Shown here: in pieces, positions 1-9,074 of the stretch | Numbering within the stretch: the stretch's first letter is position 1 | Layout of the letters: every line of letters begins with the position of its first letter | NCBI RefSeq assembly: GCF_006345805.1 | Contig: NW_021837019.1 | Span: 1 to 22,034, forward strand | Source of the DNA: Octopus sinensis | Taxonomy: Eukaryota | DNA length: 22,034 nucleotides | Direction of reading: 5' to 3' | The notes under the pieces: model-generated | What the model was told of the DNA's origin: nothing | What the model saw: only the letters and a program-made list of their open reading frames with translations | The model's database searches: none | Program-made: the position numbers and the translations under genes

Positions 1-99
1 GAAAGAAAGAAAGAAAGAAAGATAGAAAGACAGGAAAGAAAGAAAAAAAGAAAGAAGGAAAGAAAGGAAGAAGGAAGAAGAAAGAAAGAAAGAAAGAAA

Positions 100-153
<54 letters not shown>
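1..153 (+). repeat. (GAAA)n purine microsatellite, runs off the window start
   Basis: Near-continuous GAAA/GGAA tetramers. Confidence 0.97.
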
Positions 154-160
154 ACTGGTT

Positions 161-580
161 GTAGGTATGGGTGTGTGGTTAAGAAGCTCGCTTTCCAACC
201 ATGTGGTTTGGGGTTCCGTCCCATTTCGCGGCACGTTGGGAAAGTGTCTTTCACTATATCCCCATATCAACCAATATCTTGCGATTGAATTTGATAAGCA
301 GAAACTGTGTGAAACCCCATGTTTGTGTTTGCATGTGTATATACATATACATATATGTGTGTGTGTGTGTGTATTTGTCGCCCAACCACCACTTGACAAC
401 CGGCGTTTGTTTGTTTGCATCCCGTAAGCTAGCCGTACAGTAAAAGAGCTGATAGAATAAGCACCAGACTTAGTAAAAAATAAGTAGTGTGGTTAATTTG
501 TTCAACTAAGGACCCTTCAAGGCGATGCTCCAGCATGGTCGTAGTCCAATGATGAAAGCAAGTAAAAAGTAAAAAAAAAA
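161..580 (+). mobile_element. Near full-length composite tRNA-derived SINE (head, internal TA/TG microsatellite, 3' module, A-rich tail)
   Basis: Degenerate A box (TGGGTGTGTGGTT) and B box (GGGTTCCGTCCC); internal (AT/GT) run at ~330-372; 3' module ending CTCCAGCATGGTCGTAGTC...AAGTAAAAAG then poly-A. Reverse-complement homologues at 8707-8890, 13058-13378, 13695-13848, 19500-19590 and 21843-21935. Confidence 0.88.
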
Positions 581-956
581 TTGTTATTGAAAGAACGCTG
601 GTTCACACATACATTCACATACTTCCCTTGTACACGAATACACATACACTCACATACTTACACACGACTGAAACGCTGTTTGATTTTTCTTTTCAGCGTT
701 GAATGTTCACCATCCCGCCTCCATTGCACACGCACAGACGCACAAACGCTCACATACCTCCCTTTTACATACCCACACACATATACTCACACAGAGTTTG
801 CCATCGCCCCTTCCTTCTTTATTTATCTATCACCCCTTCCTTTCACGGAGAAAAAACACAGGAGTATTATTATAGTAGATGCCTACTTTGCATTACGTCC
901 GGGACAACCCTCTCCTGTATGTGTTTGCGTTTGTGCATGTATATGTTTGTGAGTGA

Positions 957-960
<4 letters not shown>

Positions 961-1004
<44 letters not shown>

Positions 1005-1009
1005 TGTGT
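961..1009 (+). repeat. (GT)n microsatellite
   Basis: Near-pure GT run. Confidence 0.95.
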
Positions 1010-1499
1010 ATTCAGGAGAAATCGGCTTCGTGGTGTTATCGTCTGCTATAACTGACACCCACTTGAGCTAACGAGGCCGGTCATCCAACAAAAAATAACA
1101 GTCCAGTAGTGGTTATTGTTGTTGTTGTTGTTGTTGTTCTACAACAAGGTTAAACAACTGCAATGACAACACCGACTGGCGCCCACGCAATACCAGCCAA
1201 GGAAATTAAGATAAAGCCATTAAGTCTTCTAAGACTACCACGTGACCTAATCAAATTGAATGGTCGGTCCACATATATTTGTTAGCAAATAAATTGAATG
1301 CGAATAACCTAGCCGACTTAATTTCATCGCCTGTTGCATAGAAAGACTAAGAAACAAGAGAATTCTTCAAAAGATTTCGCGCTTAATCCCGTACTTCTAA
1401 TTCCGTGGCCATTTTTAATATTTTCTTGTTAACGTCTGCTACGGTTGTCACGTCATTTCAATGGACGGTCTTCAAACAAACACAACCATACACTGTGCG

Positions 1500-2126
1500 C
1501 GCATGCACACACACACACACACACACACACAAACTCTCTCTCCCTCTCCCAACGCTCCTTCCCTCGCTCTTCTCTCTCCCATACACACACGCTCCATATT
1601 CTCTGACGTTCATATTCTTCTCCTCTCTCTCTCCTCCCTCATTCTCCTTCCTTTCTTTTTACTTTTGTTTTCTCTCCCTCTCTCTCTATCATCCCCTTTT
1701 CTTTCTGCTCTTCCTCTTCGCTCTATTTCTTTTTCTCTATTTTCTTACTGTTCTTTTCTCTTGCTCGTTTTCTTATATACGATTTTTTAATTTATACTTC
1801 TTAATTTGCAACAAGCGCTAGTTATAAACACCCACAACGCATCACATAAAACAAACAAACAAACACACACGTAATACAAAACAAACCCTCTCTCTCTCTC
1901 AAACATACACGCATACACACACAATACAACAAACACACACATAACACAAAGATATACACACACACACACACAACAGAAAAACATACAAAACCCAACCAAA
2001 CTCTCTTTCACTTTCTCACACATACACACACACACACACACACAAATACACATACACAACGGCGCTCGCACGCGCACACACACAACAGAAATACATACAA
2101 AACTCAATCAAACTTTCTCTCTCGCT

Positions 2127-2200
<74 letters not shown>
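1500..2200 (+). repeat. Compound simple-repeat block: (CA)n, ~260-bp polypyrimidine tract, AC-rich modules, (CT)n(CA)n
   Basis: Direct reading; polypyrimidine tract at ~1530-1790, pure (CA)n at ~2146-2200. Confidence 0.9.
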
Positions 2201-2208
<8 letters not shown>

Positions 2209-2619
2209 CGCAAAAAAACTCACATTCACGCATATCGATGTCTCTCCTGGTTATATTGCGCGACACAGCTTTTGCCGATTTCATTTTTAACTATTTCGTG
2301 GGCGCTGGTACTTTCCCCGCTCAATCACATTTGGTTTTGGCCATGTTTTTCTCCTATAAAATACTTTGATTTTTAAATAATCGCCGCTTCTTTTATCGTT
2401 TAGTCAGAAAAAAGTCCGTGCCCGTGGGAGGAAAAATGAATTCTTTGGTGTATTGAGCTGACCAAATTGTCCATTTGGCTTTTTGTCGACACTAAGCTTC
2501 AAGCGCTCTAATAAGCCTTTCCCTTGCACATGCGCACTTGTCAGATACTTGATACCTCAACGGAGTTCGACGCGAACATGTGACAAGACAGGCAATACGT
2601 CTGCTTGAGAACACTTAAA

Positions 2620-3974
2620 ACGGAGAACCAAAACGAACATTGTTGACACCTCATGCCTTTTATTTAAAAACAAAAGGGCAAGAAAACGACAGAATCTTCC
2701 AGGAAGATATGGGTTGTCTACGGAAAGGATGATGTTGCGTAACGCGTGAGCCAGAAGTGATTTTCAAGATAGCGGTCGGGAAATTGTTCAGTCCTCGCTC
2801 TGGACGACCAACTGAAATTAACAGTGACAAAATGAAGGAGTTAGTTAACACTAGACACAAACTCTTCTTATACTACCAGGATGGTCGCAGATGTTCTCCA
2901 GATGTCCACATCGAGTGTTGAAAACCATCTGCGTCAACTTGGTCACATCGCGAAGGCTCGATATTTGGGTCTCACATCAGGTTAATGAGGTAAATTACGT
3001 CCAATGTCTTTTTTTCATCTGCAATTTGTTGCAAAAACGTGGAGAAAACGATCCTTTTTTGAAGAGAATGGCTACAAGAGAGGAAAATTGGATCATCTGT
3101 AATAATGTGAATTGCAATAGTCGAAGCGAAGCGAAACACCACAAACAACTTCCAAAGCAGGACTTCACCTGAAAAAGGTTATGTTTTCAATTTGTTAGGA
3201 TTGGAAAGGTATTGTATTATGCGAGCTTCTTCCCACGAACAAGACCATAAACTCGGACGTGTATCCTAACCAGCTTGACAAATTAAATGCAGCAATCGAC
3301 CAGAAGTATCCAATTCTTGCTAACCGTAAGGGCATTGCTTTCATCACGACACAGAAGTTACTGAGGCTTGACTGGGAAGTTTAATCTAACCTCCCATACT
3401 CACCCTACCTTGTGCCTTTAGATTCCCAATATTTCGGCCTCTTGAAAGTGCACTGAATGGACAATGCTGAAGAGGGTATGAAGTTTCACCCGGAAAAATT
3501 TTTGGCCAGTAAAGATGTGGGATCTTTTCCCTTTGAACGGCAGATCGAGAAATTAATTTTCTGTAACTAAACATTTTCAAAGTTCGGACAGTGGTAGAAT
3601 GTGTCATATAAAACATCTTTTACTCTTAGTGTTGTTGAGAAAAGTTTGTATTTTCAAAGTTATTTCGTGTTAAAGTTGTCGTATTTCGGTAATTATTTCA
3701 ACCAATCAATGACGTATATTCAGCTGAATAAAATTACTGCAGTTTTTTGTCAGCAACAACTTCCGGCGGTGTATATTTCGTTTGTCACTTTTCTGTTAAA
3801 TCTCTCCCTTTTGAAGTTTGAAAGTGTTTAGTTAATAAAAAATAATTAATTTCTCGATCTGCCGTTCAAAGGGTAAAGATCCAAGATGTGAAATTGTTTG
3901 AGCAGGGAATAATGGATCTGCCAACAATCTGACAAAAGATACTGAAACGAAACGGTAATTACGTCATTGATTGA
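2620..3974 (+). pseudogene. Mariner transposase pseudogene (stops, frameshifts, deletion, MITE insertion)
   Basis: Manual translation across frames: (M>T)ENQNEH..., PRSGRPTEINSDK, LDIWVSHQV (WVPHEL motif), FLKRMATREENW (TGDEKW decayed), AGLHLKKVMFSIC*DWKGIV, KLLRLDWEV, YSPYLVPLD (YSPDLAPSD motif), and after the insertion KLFEQGIMDLPTI*QKILKRNGNYVID*. Confidence 0.92.
3520..3882. mobile_element. 363-bp non-autonomous TIR element (MITE), ~65-bp TIRs starting GGATCTTT, 8-bp TSD; Merlin-like (MULE or hAT not excluded)
   Basis: TSD AAGATGTG at 3512-3519 and 3883-3890. Left end GGATCTTTTCCCTTTGAACGGCAGATCGAGAAATTAATT; right end (rc) GGATCTTTACCCTTTGAACGGCAGATCGAGAAATTAATT. Removing it joins LASKDV to KLFEQG in frame. 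Confidence 0.93.
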
Positions 3975-4200
3975 ATAAAATGCTTTGAGTTCAAAATTGT
4001 CTTATTTTCGCATAAGAAACTGAACGAACGTTTTGGCCAACCAAATATTTGGGAACCATCAATTTTGTTGTATCGGCACAAAATTTAAGACATGCCTTAT
4101 TCGTGATGTATCCGCTCTTACAATGAAATAAAGGACCCTAATTCGACTTTATGTTTAGGTACAATATTTGGGTGAATTTGGGGTACTAATTCCAAAACTG

Positions 4201-4497
4201 TGGAGGCACACGGCCTAGTGGTTAGAGCAGCGGACTCGCGGTCAAGAGATCGCGGTTTCGAATCTCAGACCGGGCGATGTGTTTATGAGCGAAACACCTA
4301 AGCTCCACACGGCTCCGGCAGAAGGTAATGGCAAACTTCTGCTGACTCTTTCGCCACAACTTTCTCTCACTCTTTCCTCCTGCATCTTGCAGCTCACCTG
4401 CGACGGACCGGCGTCCCGTCCAGGTGGGGAACCTATACGCCAAGGAAACCTAGAAACCGGCCCTTATGAGCCAGGCGTGGCTCGAGAAGGAACAAAC
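4201..4497 (+). mobile_element. Full-length tRNA-derived SINE with 13-bp TSD
   Basis: A box CGGCCTAGTGG, B box GGTTTCGAATC; TSD AATTCCAAAACTG at 4188-4200 and 4498-4510; short AACA tail. The central CCTGCGACGGACCGGCGTCCCGTCCAGG resembles V-domain-type SINE cores (from memory). Confidence 0.92.
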
Positions 4498-4704
4498 AAT
4501 TCCAAAACTGGCATCAGTTTTACCTTATCAGCTCTAATCAATTAATGAGCTGCTAATATTCATAAACAAACAATAACAACAATATTGCAATCATCAAAAT
4601 ATTACAACTAAATCTACGATACATTAAATCGCAAACCTCTATGCAGTAAATTCCCTGAACTGAGCTCGGAAAACCGTGAGTCAGGGTTTGTTATAGTAGA
4701 ATTT

Positions 4705-5006
4705 TCTGTGGATTCTCCTGTCATAGACGTTAGATGAGAGTTCTGCAATTTCTTGTTCAACAATCTGCACAGAGGATTTGTTTATAGTGATCAAATACAT
4801 GCACTGTATATATTAGCTGACTGCCTCTATCAAATCAACATCGCTTGTAACAAGCGCACGATGTATCACAAGTCAGGTGTCGAAAAAATCGCAAAGCAAC
4901 TTGAAATAGCTCACTCTAGATTCCAACGCTCCACTCGGTGACGGAACCGAAACCGCGATCTCGCGATCGCGAAGGACACGGCCTGACGGCTAAGCCATGC
5001 ACTCTC
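4705..5006 (-). mobile_element. Older tRNA-derived SINE of a second family
   Basis: Minus strand starts GAGAGTGCATGGCTTAGCCGTCAGG...GATCGCGGTTTCGGTTCC (A- and B-box-like, similar to the head at 4201); body TTTGATCACTATAAACAAATC...GACAGGAGAATCCA recognised as an octopus-type repeat. Confidence 0.72.
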
Positions 5007-5031
5007 ACTTTACAAGAAGTACACCTCATTC

Positions 5032-5259
5032 TATTTCTTTACTACCCACAAGGGGCTAAACACAGAGGGGACAAACAAGGATAGACAAACGGATTAAGTC
5101 GATTACATCGACCCTAGTGCGTAACTGGTACTTAATTTATCGACCCCGAAAGGATGAAAAGCAAAGTCGACCTCGGCGGAATTTGAACTCAGAACGTAAC
5201 GGCAGACGAAGTACGGCTACGCATTTCACCCGGCGTGCTTAACGATTCTGCCAGCTCGC
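5032..5259 (-). mobile_element. Full-length tRNA-derived SINE with 11-bp TSD
   Basis: TSD ACACCTCATTC at 5021-5031 and 5260-5270. Minus strand: GCGAGCTGGCAGAATCGTT (A box), GAGTTCAAATTCC (B box), core TTTCATCCTTTCGGGGTCGATAAATTAAGTACCAG. Confidence 0.92.
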
Positions 5260-5842
5260 ACACCTCATTCATTCAATGTATGACGCCGAGTCATGTGCAT
5301 GGCTTGTTCTAGTTGTCGAAAGCTTTCTTGGCCGCCATATTAGCAGACAACTACTCACAGTTAATTTTAACAAGCTTCGCTATAAGACGGGCATCAACGC
5401 CATTACATCACACCTACAGTCTTTTGAATCATTTCCCACAAAAGTTAGATGACTTGATCGGAGAGCAAAGAGACGTAAAACAAAATAAATAAAACAATAG
5501 GGAAGCCGAGATACACACATACGATCGTAGAGACTGCCAGAACAATGTCACTGTTCTGTTAAATCTCTCCCTTTTGAAAGACCTGTAACTGAAACCTTAG
5601 AAATACTGAAAAATTTGATAAATTTACATTTAGTTTTCAGTTTACAATTACAGGAGATTCTAATGCAGTTTCTACTCTAAAGCTTTCATGCTTGTTTCAA
5701 TACGCTGATTCGGTAACGTGTTTGTTTTAATAGCAGGTATCAATTATATTGACAGCATTTATAATGTTGTCGTTGTTGTTGTTGTTGTTTTGTACGAAAT
5801 ACTGCGCGTGTAAATGAAACTAAACTTAATTGAAAAGCCGCA

Positions 5843-6345
5843 CGCGCAGACACACACTCTTGCACACAAATGCACACACATACACACGCATAAACGAACA
5901 CAGACATACAGACACACATGCATGCACACACATGTACACACACACACGCACAAACGCACACAGACAGAAACACACACATGCATGAATACACATGTACACA
6001 CACACACGTACACACACATACAGACACACACACACACATGTACACACACACACGTACAAATGCAAACAGACAGACAGACACACACACATGCATGCACACA
6101 CATGTACACACACATACAAACGCACACACACATGTACACACACACACGTACAAACGCACACAGACATACAGACACACACATATGCAAGCACACACATGTG
6201 CACACACACACGTACAAACGCACACAGACATACAGACACACACATGCATGCACACACATGTACACACACACACGCACAAACGCACAAACGCACACATACA
6301 GACAAACAGACACATAGACACACACACACATTCATGCATGCACGC
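5843..6345 (+). repeat. CA-derived minisatellite with ~60-62-bp higher-order unit
   Basis: CATGCATG anchors at 5917, 5977, 6087 and 6243, variant TATGCAAG at 6181; unit approximately CATGCATGCACACACATGTACACACACACACGTACAAACGCACACAGACATACAGACACACA. Confidence 0.88.
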
Positions 6346-6434
6346 ACGAACACACCACATCAGCGCAAGAACCAAACATAAATCGAAAAACCTCCATTAG
6401 CTAAAAACCACCATTATCACTAAATAACATTAAA

Positions 6435-6580
6435 CTTGCACACGTATTTACACAAGCACTCACACGTAAATACACACAACACACACACACACACACACAA
6501 ACGCATGCACTCACACGTAAATACACACACGCACACACACACACACAAACTCACGCAGTCACACGAACACACACGCACTA
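6435..6580 (+). repeat. CA-rich tandem duplication (~50-bp unit, 2-3 copies)
   Basis: GCACTCACACGTAAATACACAC occurs twice, plus a decayed third copy. Confidence 0.75.
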
Positions 6581-7000
6581 TAATGTGGGGGCGTACAACT
6601 TACAAAACTACCCAGAAAGTTCTGATTGTACACATGCGCAAGTGATCTCTCACCCGAATCGGGTGCACAGCGTTGACACGCCTGAGTAGAAATGAGACGT
6701 CTGTCATTCTCGTGACTCAATGCAGCAACAATGTTCGTCTCGCTCAGATATATTTATATATATATATACATATATATATAGGTATAAATTAGAGATAAAA
6801 CCACTATTATGCAACTCAAACAGTGATAGACAAAAAACAAAACATAAATTACAAATAAAATATATTTTTATAAAACACATAACTAGATCTCAAAAAGTAT
6901 AAAAATGAATAATCAATATATAATAATATTTATATATATACATGCATATATATATATTTATATAGAATATATATATATATATATAATATATATAATATAT

Positions 7001-7107
7001 GTAAGCTCGAAACGTTAAAGACTTTTCACTTCCCAAGCGTTATACTAATACATCGGTTTGTTGTCTACACCACCTGTCTTCGTCTTTTGTTTTTTGTGAA
7101 TTCCCCC
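7001..7107 (+). mobile_element. Penelope-like element terminal (pLTR/3') fragment within (TA)n
   Basis: GCTCGAAACGT motif followed by a pyrimidine/T-rich 3' segment; (TA)n on both sides; homologous to minus-strand copies at 7302 and 18602. Confidence 0.6.
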
Positions 7108-7117
7108 TATATATATG

Positions 7118-7195
<78 letters not shown>

Positions 7196-7241
7196 TATAT
7201 ATGTATATATATATATATTATATATATATTATATATATATC

Positions 7242-7276
<35 letters not shown>

Positions 7277-7301
7277 TATATATACATATATACATATATA
7301 T
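7108..7301. repeat. (TA)n microsatellite
   Basis: About 190 bp of nearly pure TA. Confidence 0.97.
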
Positions 7302-7483
7302 GAAGTTAATCCAAACATGAAAAACAAAGAGAAAATACAACAACGCGAGGACGTGGAACAAGTATATAGTGCTATTGGACGCTCAGGAAGGAAAGAAGAA
7401 TGAGGATTTACGTTTCGAGCGGCAGCTCTTCGTCAGAAACATAGGAAAAGGAAAGATCCAAGAAAGAAGTGAAAACGGAGGAA

Positions 7484-7486
<3 letters not shown>
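7302..7486 (-). mobile_element. Penelope-like element terminal fragment within (TA)n
   Basis: Minus strand TTTCTGACGAAGAGCTGCCGCTCGAAACGTAAA matches the CTGA(T/C)GAAG...CGAAAC motif typical of PLE pseudo-LTRs. Confidence 0.68.
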
Positions 7487-7562
<76 letters not shown>

Positions 7563-7684
7563 ATGAAAATTCTATGCCTAGTATCTCTTTGCACATGTAT
7601 GCATGTATATATTAATTTATGTATTAAAACCCAAGGTTTCATTTGTTTATTTGAATCAATGTCTCCATATCTGCCCACTTACAG

Positions 7685-7730
7685 CCATTCAATACCCTGC
7701 TGGCTTGGCCCTCGGTGAAGATACTGGAGT
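7685..7730 (+). CDS. Candidate 46-nt micro-exon A (host gene unidentified)
   Basis: cccacttacag|CCATTC...GGAGT|gtaagt; two frames are open (xIQYPAGLALGEDTG or PFNTLLAWPSVKILE). Splice-signal inference only. Confidence 0.35.
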
Positions 7731-7824
7731 GTAAGTTCAAATCATTTGATCACTACTAATTGTTTTCTATATTGGGATTCTCTCCATCTCATCTGTTCAT
7801 TTTGCACATTCTTATATGCATGCA

Positions 7825-7833
7825 TATATATAC

Positions 7834-7882
<49 letters not shown>

Positions 7883-8270
7883 TGTGTGTGTATGCGTGTG
7901 TGTGCGCATTTATATATATATATACACACATACATTCATACGTACATACATACACACACATATATACATACATACACACATACACACCTACATACATACA
8001 TCCATACCTACACACATGCACACACATACATACATACCTACATACATACACACACATACATACATACATCATCCATACATACATACACACACATACATAC
8101 ATCCATCCATCCATACATACATACATAATACATACACACACATCCATCCATCCATCCATCCATCCATACATACATACATACATACACACACATACATACA
8201 TACCTACATACATACACACACATCCATCCATCCATCCATCAATACATACATACATACATACATACATACA

Positions 8271-8301
<31 letters not shown>
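7825..8301 (+). repeat. (TA)/(TG)n followed by long (CATA/CATC/CA)n compound microsatellite
   Basis: Direct reading. Confidence 0.95.
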
Positions 8302-8480
8302 TAATGAATCTGAAACTATTTCTTTTTCTTCCGCTGTTTCTGTTGAACAACTAACGGAAACCGCTGGCTGTTATGGAAGTATTTATCGATTAAAGAGAGG
8401 AAATCTCTTACTATTTATGATCAATGATCTTATCAGAGGATTTCATTAATTGTTTTATGTCTATATTAGATTGTAATTAG

Positions 8481-8520
8481 TAGCTGCGCTGATGGAATTC
8501 CAGATAATCCTCACCTCATG
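8481..8520 (+). CDS. Candidate 40-nt (or 37-nt) micro-exon B with NAGNAG acceptor
   Basis: taattag|TAG|CTGCGC...CTCATG|gtgagt; joins exon A in frame to give ...GEDTGV(S)CADGIPDNPHLM. Polypyrimidine tract is weak. Confidence 0.33.
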
Positions 8521-8706
8521 GTGAGTATATTGCACTGAAGGGGATATAGTACTTTATTGAAATGTGTGATCATACGTTTCATAACACACTCACATCCACA
8601 TGCTTATACGTTTGTACGTATATATATATATATTTCTATATATATATATTATATATATATATATATATTTATATATATAACATATACGTGTGTATATATA
8701 TATATA

Positions 8707-8887
8707 CTCTTTTATTTGTTTTTGTCATTTGACTGCGGCCATGCTGGTATCCCCACCTTTAGTCGAACAAATGTACCCTAGGACTTATTCTTTGTAAGCC
8801 TAGCACTTATTCTAGCGGTCTCTTTTGCCGAACCCCTAAGTAACGGGCAGGTAAACACATCAGCATCGGTTGTCAAGCGATGGGAGA

Positions 8888-8890
<3 letters not shown>
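8707..8890 (-). mobile_element. 3' module of the composite SINE (family of 161-580)
   Basis: CATTTGACTGCGGCCATGCTGG...TCTCTTTTGCCGAAC...CGGTTGTCAAGCG is the reverse complement of the 3' half at ~372-570. Confidence 0.88.
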
Positions 8891-8928
<38 letters not shown>

Positions 8929-9074
8929 CACACATACATATATATATATATACGTACATGTTATATATATATACATATGTACGTGTTATATATATATGTT
9001 TATGTATATTTTTGTATGTATATATAAACCATTCGTTTTGTCTCAGTATTTCTAGTCGTCATCTAAATATTGTC

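Larger units (their letters stand above)
2453..4045 (+). mobile_element. Decayed full-length mariner transposon (mellifera-subfamily-like), interrupted by a MITE
   Basis: TA at 2451-2452 and 4046-4047; degenerate TIRs TTGAGCTGACCAAATTGTCCATTTGGCTTTTT and (rc) TTTGGTTGGCCAAAACGTTCGTTCAGTTTCTT, 20/32 identical; internal transposase remnants. Confidence 0.9.

Noticed and set aside
678-696. Strong 3' splice acceptors with no matching donor (also ~20428 and ~21550)
   Set aside because: No convincing donor or coding frame follows; pyrimidine tract plus AG is common in this sequence.
2355-2361. TATA box (TATAAAA) promoter
   Set aside because: A single hexamer-level match in AT-rich DNA, with no supporting initiator or downstream exon.
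3685-3712. Apparent second mariner TIR (rc ATTGATTGGTTGAAATAATTACCG)
   Set aside because: It lies inside the 8-bp-TSD MITE, has no partner, and the true mariner end is at 4045.
4201-4275. tRNA gene
   Set aside because: A and B boxes are present, but the sequence runs into a SINE body with a TSD and I could not fold a full cloverleaf. The same holds for the other SINE heads.
5740-6645. 130-210 aa His/Thr-rich or Cys/Val-rich ORFs in all six frames
   Set aside because: They are translations of CA/TG repeats, which cannot contain stop codons. The same applies to the YI, HT and MYV ORFs at 7045-8354, 9937-10966, 12367-13148, 14386-15245 and 21065-21247.
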